Origin: Candidatus Peregrinibacteria bacterium CG11_big_fil_rev_8_21_14_0_20_49_14
GTDB lineage: Bacteria > Patescibacteriota > Gracilibacteria > Peribacterales > Peribacteraceae
Length of the DNA stretch: 64,000 nucleotides
Direction of reading: 5' to 3'
Assembly: GCA_002787035.1 (NCBI GenBank)
Contig: PCVP01000014.1
Location: 115,107 to 179,106 of the forward strand
The position numbers were made by a program, and so were the translations under genes. The notes under the pieces were generated by a model. That model saw nothing but the letters and a program-made list of their open reading frames with translations, made no database searches and was not told where the DNA came from. The number at the start of each line of letters is the position of its first letter. Positions within the stretch are counted from its first letter, which is position 1. Shown here one piece after another: positions 43,957 through 53,149 of this stretch.

Positions 43957-44523
43957 CTACTTTCTTTTGCCGTGCAGAAGCTCTTGTGTGTACAGTCCGC
44001 TGAGCAGGCAAAGAAGAGACATCATTAAAAACAGGAGAATAAACCCATGTTTTTCCGCTACAAATCCTCCGATGAGCGCGGCGGCTGCGGTGGCAAAGTA
44101 ATTCATAGATTCCCATTCGCCCCACTCTCCCCCCTCGTTATTTTTGTCCAGATGTATGGAGTACAGCGCATCGAACGCGGGAAGGTACAACGCCTCTCCG
44201 AATCCTATAAGAACCTGAACGAGCAGAAGCGATGTCATGGAATGCACGAATAAATAGAGCAGATATCCCGCTCCCATAATGCAGTACCCCAGTGCAACTA
44301 TGTATTCGGGATGCTTTGAAGCGTCGCTTTTTTTGCCGGAAATGACGACAGTAATACCTGCAGCGATTGCAAAAACAAATCCTGCGATTCCCGCATCCAG
44401 AAGGTCACCCCCAATCTCTTCCACAAACAAGGCATAAATGGGACCCAGTAGTCCGCCTGCCATGAGAATCATGGCATTGGTTACCAGGAGAATGCGCAGC
44501 GGTTTATTGGTGCGAATTTCTTT
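43957..44523 (-). CDS. half-size (6-TM) MFS-like transporter protein
   Basis: Six hydrophobic helices and a GKKSDASKHPEYIVALG loop resembling MFS motif A. Only ~188 aa from ATG 44523 (MKEIRT...). Confidence 0.55.
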   Translation of the reverse strand, partial: KEIRTNKPLRILLVTNAMILMAGGLLGPIYALFVEEIGGDLLDAGIAGFVFAIAAGITVVISGKKSDASKHPEYIVALGYCIMGAGYLLYLFVHSMTSLLLVQVLIGFGEALYLPAFDALYSIHLDKNNEGGEWGEWESMNYFATAAAALIGGFVAEKHGFILLFLMMSLLCLLSGLYTQELLHGKRK

Positions 44524-44601
44524 CATAAATCTTTCTATTGTAGCACAAATAGTAAAAAATGTTACTCCTGACAACAAAAAACAAGTACCCTACCTGCATA
44601 T

Positions 44602-45312
44602 ATGTCTGAACTGGGCGGACTGGATATCGGCATGCCGGACGAAGGTGTGGGTGGCACACCCGAAGAACTGAGCGAAGAGGCAAAAAAGCGTTTTGCCGCT
44701 GCTGCGGCAGCAATGCAGCAAATACGACGGGAGGAGAAACAATCAAAGAAAAGGGACGACCAGGTCGCACGTGCCATCATTCAGTTTTTGGGGCACGACA
44801 AATATGCGCACTTTTTCCTCCTTATATCCAGATTGGTCGCAAGGGACTGCCCCAGTATTTTCATCTTGGCCATTTTGTCTCTCATCCACGAAGCGAGCAG
44901 GAACGAGGTGCAGGAATACCTTCGTGAAACCGTACACAAAACCGCACTGGAAGCGGTGGATGAAAATACGGCACTCATTACGAATACGGAACTCGATCCG
45001 GTTATGAATAAAAATTTGGTGGAATGGATAACGCGCATGCAGATGGTTCTGGCTGTAAACCCCGAAACCATATTGCTGAAACTGATGATAGACGCAAAGA
45101 ACTTAGACGGAACCGTACTGCAACTGACAACATTTGTCGTAAAAGATTTCTTCTCCGAGCATCACAGAAATGTGGAATTTGAAAAAATACAGCCTCTGAC
45201 GGCCAGTATTTTACAAACGGTATTCGAACCGTTCATCGGTGCCGTTCAAAAAACACTGCTCGATGCGGCGCGTGAAAATGATGAGGATACGAACACGTAT
45301 GATGCATCATGA
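44602..45312 (+). CDS. hypothetical protein
   Basis: 236 aa with a charged N-terminus and one hydrophobic segment (CPSIFILAILSLI). No recognised domain. Confidence 0.5.
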   Translation: MSELGGLDIGMPDEGVGGTPEELSEEAKKRFAAAAAAMQQIRREEKQSKKRDDQVARAIIQFLGHDKYAHFFLLISRLVARDCPSIFILAILSLIHEASRNEVQEYLRETVHKTALEAVDENTALITNTELDPVMNKNLVEWITRMQMVLAVNPETILLKLMIDAKNLDGTVLQLTTFVVKDFFSEHHRNVEFEKIQPLTASILQTVFEPFIGAVQKTLLDAARENDEDTNTYDAS

Positions 45313-45345
45313 TTGGGCATGACTCTCAGTTCATACTATTTTGTT

Positions 45346-45852
45346 ATGCGACTTATAAAGCCATCGAAGAAATATGAAGAAAGCTGGCTTGAAGGACTGA
45401 AAGAATTTGAAGCAGAGCAGAGAAGTGGATTTTGGAATGTTCCCGATAAACCCGACAGCATCGACGAATATATTCAAAGATGCAACGATCACTCAAAAGG
45501 AGAAAATTTGCCTGAATACTGGGTACCTGCAACCACGTACTGGCTGATAGATACCGATGAGTTTATCGGCCATGTTAATATCCGACACACACTAAACAGC
45601 CAACTTACAAAAATTGGCGGACATATAGGATATGCAATTCGTCCATCTAAAAGAGAGGTGGGTTATGGCACAAAAATCTTGGAGTTGGCGCTGCCAAAGG
45701 CAAGGAAAATAGGACTGCAAAATGCCCTGATAACCTGCGACTCCCTCAATATTGCTTCCCAAAAAATTATCAAGAAACACCGTGGAAAACTGCAGGATAC
45801 TTATGAGAAAGAAAACGGTGAGTCTGTGTGCAGGTACTGGATTTCCCTTTAG
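45346..45852 (+). CDS. GNAT family N-acetyltransferase (COG3981-like)
   Basis: ...YWLIDTDEFIGHVNIRHTLNSQLTKIGGHIGYAIRPSKREVGYGTKILELALPKARKIGL..ALITCDSLNIASQKIIKKHRG, an acetyl-CoA-binding motif A-like R/QxxGxG/A block. The ORF opens at TTG 45313. Confidence 0.7.
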   Translation: MRLIKPSKKYEESWLEGLKEFEAEQRSGFWNVPDKPDSIDEYIQRCNDHSKGENLPEYWVPATTYWLIDTDEFIGHVNIRHTLNSQLTKIGGHIGYAIRPSKREVGYGTKILELALPKARKIGLQNALITCDSLNIASQKIIKKHRGKLQDTYEKENGESVCRYWISL

Positions 45853-45872
45853 AAATATTCTTTACAAACACC

Positions 45873-47690
45873 TTACTCCCCTCTCTGCAGCACACTTAAG
45901 AATGCCTCCTGCGTGAGCGTTACTTTTCCCATTTGCTTGAGGCGCTTCTTTCCCTTTTTCTGTTTTTTCAGCTGCTTCTGCTTACGAGATACGTCTCCTC
46001 CGTACAACCCTGCCGTCACATCTTTACGGAAAGCAGAAACGGTCTCTCGGGCGACCACTTTGGCGCCAATGGCTGCCTGAATGGGAATTTGATACTGCGC
46101 TTTTGGAATGACGTCTTTGAGCTTCTTGCACACAATTGCTCCCGCGTCGTGCGCTTCGGACCTGTGTACGATAGTACTGAGTGTATCCGCAGGCTCTCCG
46201 AGCAGCAGAATTTGAAGCTTTACCAGGTCTCCGGATCTGTAGCCGAGAGGCTCGTAGCTCATGGAACCGTACCCCGCAGTCGAGGACTTCAGCCTGTCGA
46301 AGAAGTCCATTACGATACCCTGCAGCGGCACTTCGAAATGTATGACCACGCGTTCGGAATCCAAATATTCCATGGATTGCTGAATTCCTCTTCTGTCTGC
46401 AACAAGTTTCATGGCCGAACCGACATCTTCAGTGCGACAAACCACTTCCAGGCGGACCCATGGTTCACGAACTTCAGCAATATACGTGGGGTCCGGAAAG
46501 TCCGCCGGATTGGAAATAATTGCTACATCAGGCTCATCTTCTTTCAGAAGACTGGAACGTACTATTTCGGCGGGATTTTTTGAACAGAGTTTCACTTCGT
46601 ACCGCACGCTTGGAGCCGTGATAATAAGATCGCAGTCGTATTCGCGTTCCAGCCTCTCCTGCACAATATCCATGTGGAGCAATCCGAGAAAGCCGCATCG
46701 AAAGCCGTTACCCAGTGCTGCGTTGCGTTCCGGTTCCGATGAAAGTGCGGCATCGTTGAGTCCCAGTTTCTCCAATGCATCTCGCAACTGCGGATATTCG
46801 TCCGCTTCCGAAGGATAGAGTCCCGCAAACACCATAGGGAGTACTTCTTTGTACCCGGGCAGCGGTGCCAGATTTGCTTTGCCGGCTATGGTATCTCCGG
46901 TTCGCACTCGTGTAACGTCTTTGGCTCCCGCAACAATGTAGCCTATTTCTCCCGTGGAAAGATGTCCGTCCGATACGTACTTCGGAGCGAAGTGCCCTAT
47001 ATCCAATACCTCGGTCTCAAACTTTGTACCGAGGAGGAATATTTTCTGCCCCTTCTTCACCGCACCGTCCACAATACGTACATAGGCAACGGAACCTCTG
47101 TACGGATCCATAACCGCATCGAATATCAGTGCGCGTGCATCACCGCTTGTGGCGGGAACCGGTGCAGGGATCCGTTCTATTACTGCCCGAAGTACTTCCG
47201 CAACTCCCCTGCCCTCTTTGGCAGAAATAAGGAGGATGTCTTCCTTTTTGCACCCAAGCAGATTCACCACCTCTTCACTCACCCTGTCTGGGTCGGCCGC
47301 AGGAAGATCTATTTTATTGAGAACGGGAATAATGGTGAGGTTATGCTCCATCGCCATGTACAAGACCGCAAGTGTTTGCGCCTGTATGCCTTGTGACGCA
47401 TCCACAAGCAGTATGGCACCTTCGCACGCTGCCAAAGATCTGCTGACTTCATACCGAAAGTCCGTATGGCCGGGAGTATCTATGAGGTTTAACTGCAAAC
47501 CTTCAAACTGCATGCGAACCGGTTGCAGCTTAATGGTGATACCTCGTTCGCGTTCGAGATCCATGGTGTCGAGAAGCTGCTCTTTCATTTCTCGTTTCTG
47601 CAGCGTTCCCGTGCATTCGATCATACGGTCGGCAAGCGTGGACTTACCGTGGTCTATGTGCGCGATGATGCAGAAATTTCTGATATCCAT
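45873..47690 (-). CDS. lepA: translation elongation factor 4
   Basis: MDIRNFCIIAHIDHGKSTLADRMIE...DTPGH.DF...NKIDL. 605 aa, with the LepA-specific C-terminal domain. Confidence 0.95.
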   Translation of the reverse strand: MDIRNFCIIAHIDHGKSTLADRMIECTGTLQKREMKEQLLDTMDLERERGITIKLQPVRMQFEGLQLNLIDTPGHTDFRYEVSRSLAACEGAILLVDASQGIQAQTLAVLYMAMEHNLTIIPVLNKIDLPAADPDRVSEEVVNLLGCKKEDILLISAKEGRGVAEVLRAVIERIPAPVPATSGDARALIFDAVMDPYRGSVAYVRIVDGAVKKGQKIFLLGTKFETEVLDIGHFAPKYVSDGHLSTGEIGYIVAGAKDVTRVRTGDTIAGKANLAPLPGYKEVLPMVFAGLYPSEADEYPQLRDALEKLGLNDAALSSEPERNAALGNGFRCGFLGLLHMDIVQERLEREYDCDLIITAPSVRYEVKLCSKNPAEIVRSSLLKEDEPDVAIISNPADFPDPTYIAEVREPWVRLEVVCRTEDVGSAMKLVADRRGIQQSMEYLDSERVVIHFEVPLQGIVMDFFDRLKSSTAGYGSMSYEPLGYRSGDLVKLQILLLGEPADTLSTIVHRSEAHDAGAIVCKKLKDVIPKAQYQIPIQAAIGAKVVARETVSAFRKDVTAGLYGGDVSRKQKQLKKQKKGKKRLKQMGKVTLTQEAFLSVLQRGE

Positions 47691-47738
47691 GCGGAAAGAA
47701 GCCTACCGATCCTGAAGGAAAAATGCGACTAACAAAGC

Positions 47739-48467
47739 CTACATTGTGCCTGCTGTTTCCGCAGCTTCGGATGCGGCAAAAGGATCCTCGCCTTCCGCAG
47801 ATACCTCAGACGGAGAAAGAGAATCGGATTCTGCGGATTTCGTATCCGGAGGCGGGTCTTCGTCATATGCGACGGGATGTTCTTGGATTATTTGCTGCGT
47901 TACTTCACCCGCTTCAGTTTGTGCAGCCAACTGAGACTCGACCGCCGTATCTCCCGCTATCCACCCCTGCATATGACTCCACCAGCCCTGTACCGCCTCG
48001 GACGCGGATGAGAAATACGACTGTACCTGTTCTATGACCTGCGGAATGTTAAACAGAGCCACAATTCCGGCAGCCTGCAGCCCGCCGACAAGACCCACTC
48101 CTACGATAGCTATGGCCAACTTGTGCTCTTTAAGAAATGTAATGACCGCATGCTCCTCTTCGGGTGACATCTGCTTCTCGTAGTTGCCTTCGAAATGGTG
48201 CAGACGTGCTTCTTCGGAAAGAAGTTCTTGGAGAGACTCCAGCTCTGCTTTGTTGTCTTCCGAAATCTGGTCTCGCAGTATCTGACGTACTTCCAACAAT
48301 TTATTCTTTGCAATGGCCTCTTTCACCGTCGCGCGCAGTGCGGTCGGAGTATCGAAATTCGGATTCTCCAGATCCAGACTGGCAATGAGTGCCTGCCGCA
48401 GCGCCGAAGCGCTTCGTTCGGGAAGCGTTTCCCAGGGGCCCTGTGCTGGAGAAAATGATTCTGGCAC
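47739..48467 (-). CDS. hypothetical protein with a C-terminal-half TM segment
   Basis: 242-aa ORF with a GTG start 3 nt after the upstream stop. It contains one hydrophobic helix (LAIAIVGVGLVGGLQAAGIVALF) and an acidic tail. Confidence 0.5.
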   Translation of the reverse strand: MPESFSPAQGPWETLPERSASALRQALIASLDLENPNFDTPTALRATVKEAIAKNKLLEVRQILRDQISEDNKAELESLQELLSEEARLHHFEGNYEKQMSPEEEHAVITFLKEHKLAIAIVGVGLVGGLQAAGIVALFNIPQVIEQVQSYFSSASEAVQGWWSHMQGWIAGDTAVESQLAAQTEAGEVTQQIIQEHPVAYDEDPPPDTKSAESDSLSPSEVSAEGEDPFAASEAAETAGTM

Positions 48468-48470
48468 GAT

Positions 48471-48884
48471 TTAAGCAGGTACGGAGGAATTGGCTTCCAG
48501 AAGCAGATGTCGAATTTTCGTAAGTCCTGCCACTCCATCCAATTCCGACTGAGTCCGCACACTTGGCAACACTGTTTCTATGAGAGCAGAAAGACCCAAC
48601 GCACCCATACCGAAATACACAACCGGCAGCGACTCATGTGGAACGGCACTGAGAATATGGGGATCCAACTCTTTTCCTCGTTGCAATACTTCCAGAATAG
48701 TAAGAACAAGCTCTCTGACTTCGGGGTGCGCATCCGATGCCACAAGTCTCATACGAACAATCAGCTCTCTGTACGATTCGTACTGAGCACCTTCTTCCGC
48801 TTCCTGCGTGTAACGTGACGTAAGATCTTCCGGAAGATTTTCCAACATCTCCCGTTCACACGGTCGCAGATACAGAGTGGTCAT
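48471..48884 (-). CDS. hypothetical protein
   Basis: Start set at the internal ATG (MTTLYLRPCE...) just downstream of the csaB-like stop at 48892. The longer ORF form would overlap that gene. Confidence 0.5.
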   Translation of the reverse strand: MTTLYLRPCEREMLENLPEDLTSRYTQEAEEGAQYESYRELIVRMRLVASDAHPEVRELVLTILEVLQRGKELDPHILSAVPHESLPVVYFGMGALGLSALIETVLPSVRTQSELDGVAGLTKIRHLLLEANSSVPA

Positions 48885-48891
48885 AGAGTGA

Positions 48892-49872
48892 TCATAGCAA
48901 TTTGGCAGACCCGTACAACTCTTCTTTGAGTGCCAACTCCCCCTGCAAAACCAAATCGCGCAAACGGTCTGCCCTGCCATGAGCAGGCGTGCCTTGCATC
49001 ATCAATCGGATAGCATCGAGTTTATCGTTTTCGCCCTGCGCAAGGACCTCCAAATCTCTGCCCAGCGCCAAAGCCGCTATGGCTCCATGGTATCGTTCCG
49101 TGAGTACGAATGATCCTTCGGAAACTCCCTCGGCAAGCTCCGCCAGAGAAGAGACAGAACGTACCTCGCAGGACGAACCGAACTTTTCCCGAAGAAACAT
49201 GCAAAATTCATGCTCATCGTGTGAATCATTTTGCAACGAAAGAACAGAAATTCTATTCCACCGCTCAGTGTGGTTTACAAGGTCCTGAGCTCTGGAAACA
49301 AAGACATCGCCGGAATTTTTTCGTGGAATAAGAACAATCGTATGCTGGGACGAAATATCTTGCGCACGCTTTGGCACGGATAAAAATATAGGATCGAAGC
49401 TTTCGATGACGGAAGTACGCGGGCTAAACGACTTCGCTCTCTGAAGCGAAAGAGTATCTCGAACAGAAAGAAAGTTTGCAGATCGTACGGCCCGGCGCGC
49501 AAACATCTTTCCTCTGAGAGTATGAAACGGACCGATACCCTGAAATGCAAGAATGATTTTCTTACGAAAGAGTCTCGCTGCAGCAGTATGTATCCACCAG
49601 AGAAAACACGCTTTGGGAGACTCGATGTCCGTAAACAGAGACCCTCCTCCCAATACCACTCCGTCGCTGCGGTACAGCGCACGGAGTGTTGGAATCCAAC
49701 GGAAAGAGAAAAACGATCGGAGTCCGGCCGGCAATCTGTGCAGTTCACCTACAGTGGGACAAGCAGAAACAACCTGCCACTCAATTTCGGGAAATGACCG
49801 CAAAAAATAGTCACGGAGTGCCTCGTCTCCCAAATTTGAAACGCCGTAATTACCAATAAGAAGGTACGTCAC
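48892..49872 (-). CDS. csaB: polysaccharide pyruvyl transferase, CsaB-like
   Basis: MTYLLIGNYGVSNLGDEALRDYFL...VVLGGGSLFTD...ILAFQGIGP...LSVRD...ERYHGAIAALALG matches the PS_pyruv_trans/CsaB pattern. Confidence 0.7.
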   Translation of the reverse strand: MTYLLIGNYGVSNLGDEALRDYFLRSFPEIEWQVVSACPTVGELHRLPAGLRSFFSFRWIPTLRALYRSDGVVLGGGSLFTDIESPKACFLWWIHTAAARLFRKKIILAFQGIGPFHTLRGKMFARRAVRSANFLSVRDTLSLQRAKSFSPRTSVIESFDPIFLSVPKRAQDISSQHTIVLIPRKNSGDVFVSRAQDLVNHTERWNRISVLSLQNDSHDEHEFCMFLREKFGSSCEVRSVSSLAELAEGVSEGSFVLTERYHGAIAALALGRDLEVLAQGENDKLDAIRLMMQGTPAHGRADRLRDLVLQGELALKEELYGSAKLL

Positions 49873-49899
49873 ATACGCACTATACCTACGAGCAGGTTT

Positions 49900-50409
49900 C
49901 TACGCTTCTTTCTTCTCTTCCGATTCTGCAACTTCTTCTTTCTTCTCTTCGGAGGCTGCTGCCTCCTCGGCATCTTCTGAGGAAGGTGCTTCCTCCAATA
50001 CCTCTTCTTCGGGAACTTCAATTGCCGATTCTGCCGCTGCTATCGCAAATTCATCCGCAGTCGTAAATCTCTCACTGAGACGAGCTGCCTTTCCGCGACG
50101 ACCGCGAAGAAAGAAGAGTTTTGCTCTACGAACCTTGGCTACTTTCTTTACCTCCAACTTCTCAATTTTTGGAGAATGGAGCAGGAATATCTTCTCCACA
50201 CCCACGCCGGAGGCGATTTTACGTACGGTAACCGTCGCATCTGTGGGCATAGAACCGTTGTGTACGGCGATAACAAGGCCCTCGAAGATCTGAATACGCT
50301 CTTTATTACCCTCCTGAATACGTTCGTGGACGCGTACGGTGTATCCCGGCCTGATTTCAGGCCTTCGCTGCATATGTGGTGCCGATTGGTGGTGCAGAAT
50401 GCTTTTCAA
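49900..50409 (-). CDS. rplS: 50S ribosomal protein L19 with acidic C-terminal extension
   Basis: [37 protein letters not shown]...[26 protein letters not shown]...[18 protein letters not shown], then a ~55-aa Glu/Ala-rich tail. TTG start per the track. Confidence 0.9.
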   Translation of the reverse strand: MKSILHHQSAPHMQRRPEIRPGYTVRVHERIQEGNKERIQIFEGLVIAVHNGSMPTDATVTVRKIASGVGVEKIFLLHSPKIEKLEVKKVAKVRRAKLFFLRGRRGKAARLSERFTTADEFAIAAAESAIEVPEEEVLEEAPSSEDAEEAAASEEKKEEVAESEEKKEA

Positions 50410-50486
50410 AGCCGCAAAAGACTACCTAAGTGCCCTTGTACCTGTAAAGCAAAAAGTAGGAAACCCTCGCTTGAGTTTTGGCCTCT

Positions 50487-51077
50487 TTACTGCTTTCCTC
50501 GGGCTTCGTCGATTTGCTTGGCAATGACATTGTGTACCGTAAGATGACGGGGGTCATTGAGGATATCTGTAATAAAACGATCCTTCAGGCTCATACGGTA
50601 CAAAAAGTCCGCTTCGGAAAAGATGGAATACTTCACATTCTTCAATGCAGAATCTTGCAGAAGAAGTGCTTCGAGCATTTCCTTCTTCACTTCGCCAACC
50701 ACCAGTAAATCCACTTTACTCTCCGTGCCTACAAATACACCCGCAAGGAGAATAAGCTGAACACCCGGGAGTTTTTTCAGGCTTCCCACTATGGGACTGT
50801 CTGCCTGCACTTCCTTTGCAAACATGCTGCGCAGCTCGGTAAAGAGAGGAAAATCTGGATCCACTCTGTAGTACTTCTTCCTGTTTCTGTGCCTTGCACG
50901 TACGAGTCCCACGCGTCTGAGATTTTCCAGCTCACGACGAATGGAGTTAATCTGCTCATTTAAGAGTCGTGTGAGTTCACGTATGTAGTACTCTTCCTCC
51001 GGATGAAGCAGGAACGTTGAGAGAAGTTTCACTCTCGTCTGGGAACTAAACAATGCTTTTAGGACAGGAGAAGACAT
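50487..51077 (-). CDS. winged-helix (ArsR-like) transcriptional regulator with C-terminal uncharacterised domain
   Basis: ALFSSQTRVKLLSTFLLHPEEEYYIRELTRLLNEQINSIRRELENLRRVGLVRARHRNRKKYYRV. The start is set at ATG 51077; the ORF opens at 51110. Confidence 0.7.
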   Translation of the reverse strand: MSSPVLKALFSSQTRVKLLSTFLLHPEEEYYIRELTRLLNEQINSIRRELENLRRVGLVRARHRNRKKYYRVDPDFPLFTELRSMFAKEVQADSPIVGSLKKLPGVQLILLAGVFVGTESKVDLLVVGEVKKEMLEALLLQDSALKNVKYSIFSEADFLYRMSLKDRFITDILNDPRHLTVHNVIAKQIDEARGKQ

Positions 51078-51103
51078 ACCTGCCAGGTACGGGGGAAATA
51101 CGA

Positions 51104-51271
51104 TGTACACAAACTGTACTCATGAACATCTCTATAGTGCAAGAAAAGTGCTCAGTAATATGTATACAATTTTTGTACATATTAAATGGCTTTATATAGC
51201 TGAAATGATCATAAAAGCACCTAAAATTCATCTCTATGATGAACAAAAGATGTACTCATGATTGTGTACAT
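51104..51271. promoter_or_regulatory. cluster of TGTAC-containing palindromes and direct repeats in the divergent promoter region
   Basis: TGTAC occurs at 51104, 51115, 51174, 51251 and 51265. Inverted repeats are AATATGTA(51157..51164)/TACATATT(51176..51183) and ATGTAC(51250..51255)/GTACAT(51266..51271). The 11-nt direct repeat TGTACTCATGA occurs at 51115 and 51251. TATAAT (51355..51360) lies 7 nt before ATG 51368. Confidence 0.45.
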
Positions 51272-51367
51272 TATGTGTTCTGGAGATATTTTTTGTGGGC
51301 CTATCCCCTCTGAGGATATGAAAACTGGGAATTGTTCTGAAGTGCTAAATCTGCTATAATTATTCGA

Positions 51368-53143
51368 ATGCCTTCATACAAAAAGACCATAACAGGACTC
51401 ACTGCTCTGCTTGCTCTCTTCGTTATTGGAGAGATGTTCGGGTACGACTCACTGACAATCGGAATTCCGAAAGCGTTTGCCGAAGGTGCGCCGACTGACA
51501 ACATCTACACGACGATGGTGGGATACATGGCAGTGTTCATAGCACTGGTAAATACGCTGTCGTTTATTGTGTACCCCATTCTGATTGCAGTTGTAGACCC
51601 TCGGTTCTTTCTGGGAATTCACCAGGCAAACGAGGGGACCATTCTACAAATATGGCAGATGTCTCGCGATATTATGAATGTGATCTTTGCATTCCTTCTT
51701 ATTGCAGGAGCATGCCTTACCGTTGTGACGGCAAAGAAAGACATTATCAGTAAGTTTGCCATCAAGTTCGTACTCGGAGTGATTCTTGTGAACTTCTCGT
51801 GGTTCTTCCCGAGAGTAATACTGGATGTCGCACACGTACTGACGGCATCCATATACCAATTACCGGGTATGGTTGCCACCAGTTGCGCCTACTACGACAA
51901 CTTGGGAAACATACAGTCACCGTGCAAGTACCCGTATGATTTCAAATTCTTCGATGAAGCACAGAACATAGCAGATTCCGACGTCGGACCTGCGGCACTG
52001 GGATTTGAATGTCCCACGTCCACCGTCTGCTACAGAGTGGACTCGCTGGCTCCCCTTTCCAATACGGCTACGGGAATGTTGAGCGGACTCATTATGAACC
52101 ATGCGCACTTACCGAACTTGTCTATCGTACAGAACTTCAATGCGGGTGGTCTTTCGCCTACGAGCGCGGGAGACCTTGTGTCGTTCTTCCTGCAGTTCAT
52201 TGTGAACACCGGTTTCCTCATTATACTCTCCGTCGCACTCTTCCTTGTAATGGTCGCGATGCTTGTGGCGTTCATTATACGTATACCTGTGCTCTGGATG
52301 ACCATGGCATTCATGCCATTCATGTTCCTTGGGTTTGTTATAGGAGAGAAAATGGGGAACTTTAACACCATGAAGATATTCGACCACTTCGTGAAAGCGG
52401 CGTTCCTTCCTGCGGTTACCGCTATTCCACTCGCCGTGGGATTCATAGTACTCAATTCGCTTGCATTCAGCCCTCCGCCTGCGGGACTTCCGCCCGGAAT
52501 GGCAGATTTATTGGCACCAAGTGCGCCAATGGGGCAATTTCTTCCCGGAGTAGATAACCTGTGGATACTGCTCTGGAACATTATGACTATCCTTATCATA
52601 TGGAAGGGCTTCTTTGCCGCTCTCGCCATAGATGAAATTTATGCCAACGCCACAAAGGGTATTCAGAGCTTCGGGGGCAGTCTTGCAGGTCTTGCTCTTA
52701 CCGCTCCTCTCAATATTCCGATTCCCGGACTCAGTAAGACAAATGCAGACGGCACGGTAACTCAACCGACATTCGGTCAGGTACTCAATGCGCCGCGCGC
52801 AGCCGCAGGACTTTCGAAGACCGGTAATCTCAGTTTGGAAGGGCTGCAATCTCAATTGGGACTCGGCGGCGGTGTGACTGTAAGCAATGAAACAAGAGTT
52901 GCCATACAGAATTTAAATCCTGACAGCAACGGAAAATTAAGCGATGATGAAATACGCAGACTTGGGGAGAAACTCGCAAAAGATGATAAGCTGAAGGATT
53001 TAAGCTACTCGCAAAAAGTGGAAAAAATCCGACAAGACCTTATAAACAAAGGAGTAAAAGTCGACGATGACACAAGGGATAAACTTATCGAGCAAATGAG
53101 GATTGCAGGAGGCGGAGGAGTACGAAATTCCGCACAACCCTAA
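51368..53143 (+). CDS. polytopic membrane protein (~10 or more TM) with hydrophilic C-terminal tail, function unknown
   Basis: 591 aa with a signal-like N-terminus, many hydrophobic helices and a Gly/Lys/Asp-rich C-terminal ~130 aa. No catalytic motif recognised. Confidence 0.65.
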   Translation: MPSYKKTITGLTALLALFVIGEMFGYDSLTIGIPKAFAEGAPTDNIYTTMVGYMAVFIALVNTLSFIVYPILIAVVDPRFFLGIHQANEGTILQIWQMSRDIMNVIFAFLLIAGACLTVVTAKKDIISKFAIKFVLGVILVNFSWFFPRVILDVAHVLTASIYQLPGMVATSCAYYDNLGNIQSPCKYPYDFKFFDEAQNIADSDVGPAALGFECPTSTVCYRVDSLAPLSNTATGMLSGLIMNHAHLPNLSIVQNFNAGGLSPTSAGDLVSFFLQFIVNTGFLIILSVALFLVMVAMLVAFIIRIPVLWMTMAFMPFMFLGFVIGEKMGNFNTMKIFDHFVKAAFLPAVTAIPLAVGFIVLNSLAFSPPPAGLPPGMADLLAPSAPMGQFLPGVDNLWILLWNIMTILIIWKGFFAALAIDEIYANATKGIQSFGGSLAGLALTAPLNIPIPGLSKTNADGTVTQPTFGQVLNAPRAAAGLSKTGNLSLEGLQSQLGLGGGVTVSNETRVAIQNLNPDSNGKLSDDEIRRLGEKLAKDDKLKDLSYSQKVEKIRQDLINKGVKVDDDTRDKLIEQMRIAGGGGVRNSAQP

Positions 53144-53149
53144 ACACGC

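Noticed and set aside
51368-53143. Calling the 591-aa polytopic protein a VirB6/TrbL type IV secretion component.
   Set aside because: The resemblance is only in general architecture (many TM helices plus a hydrophilic tail). No VirB4 or VirD4 ATPase, relaxase or other T4SS genes are nearby, and I cannot verify a family signature by eye.
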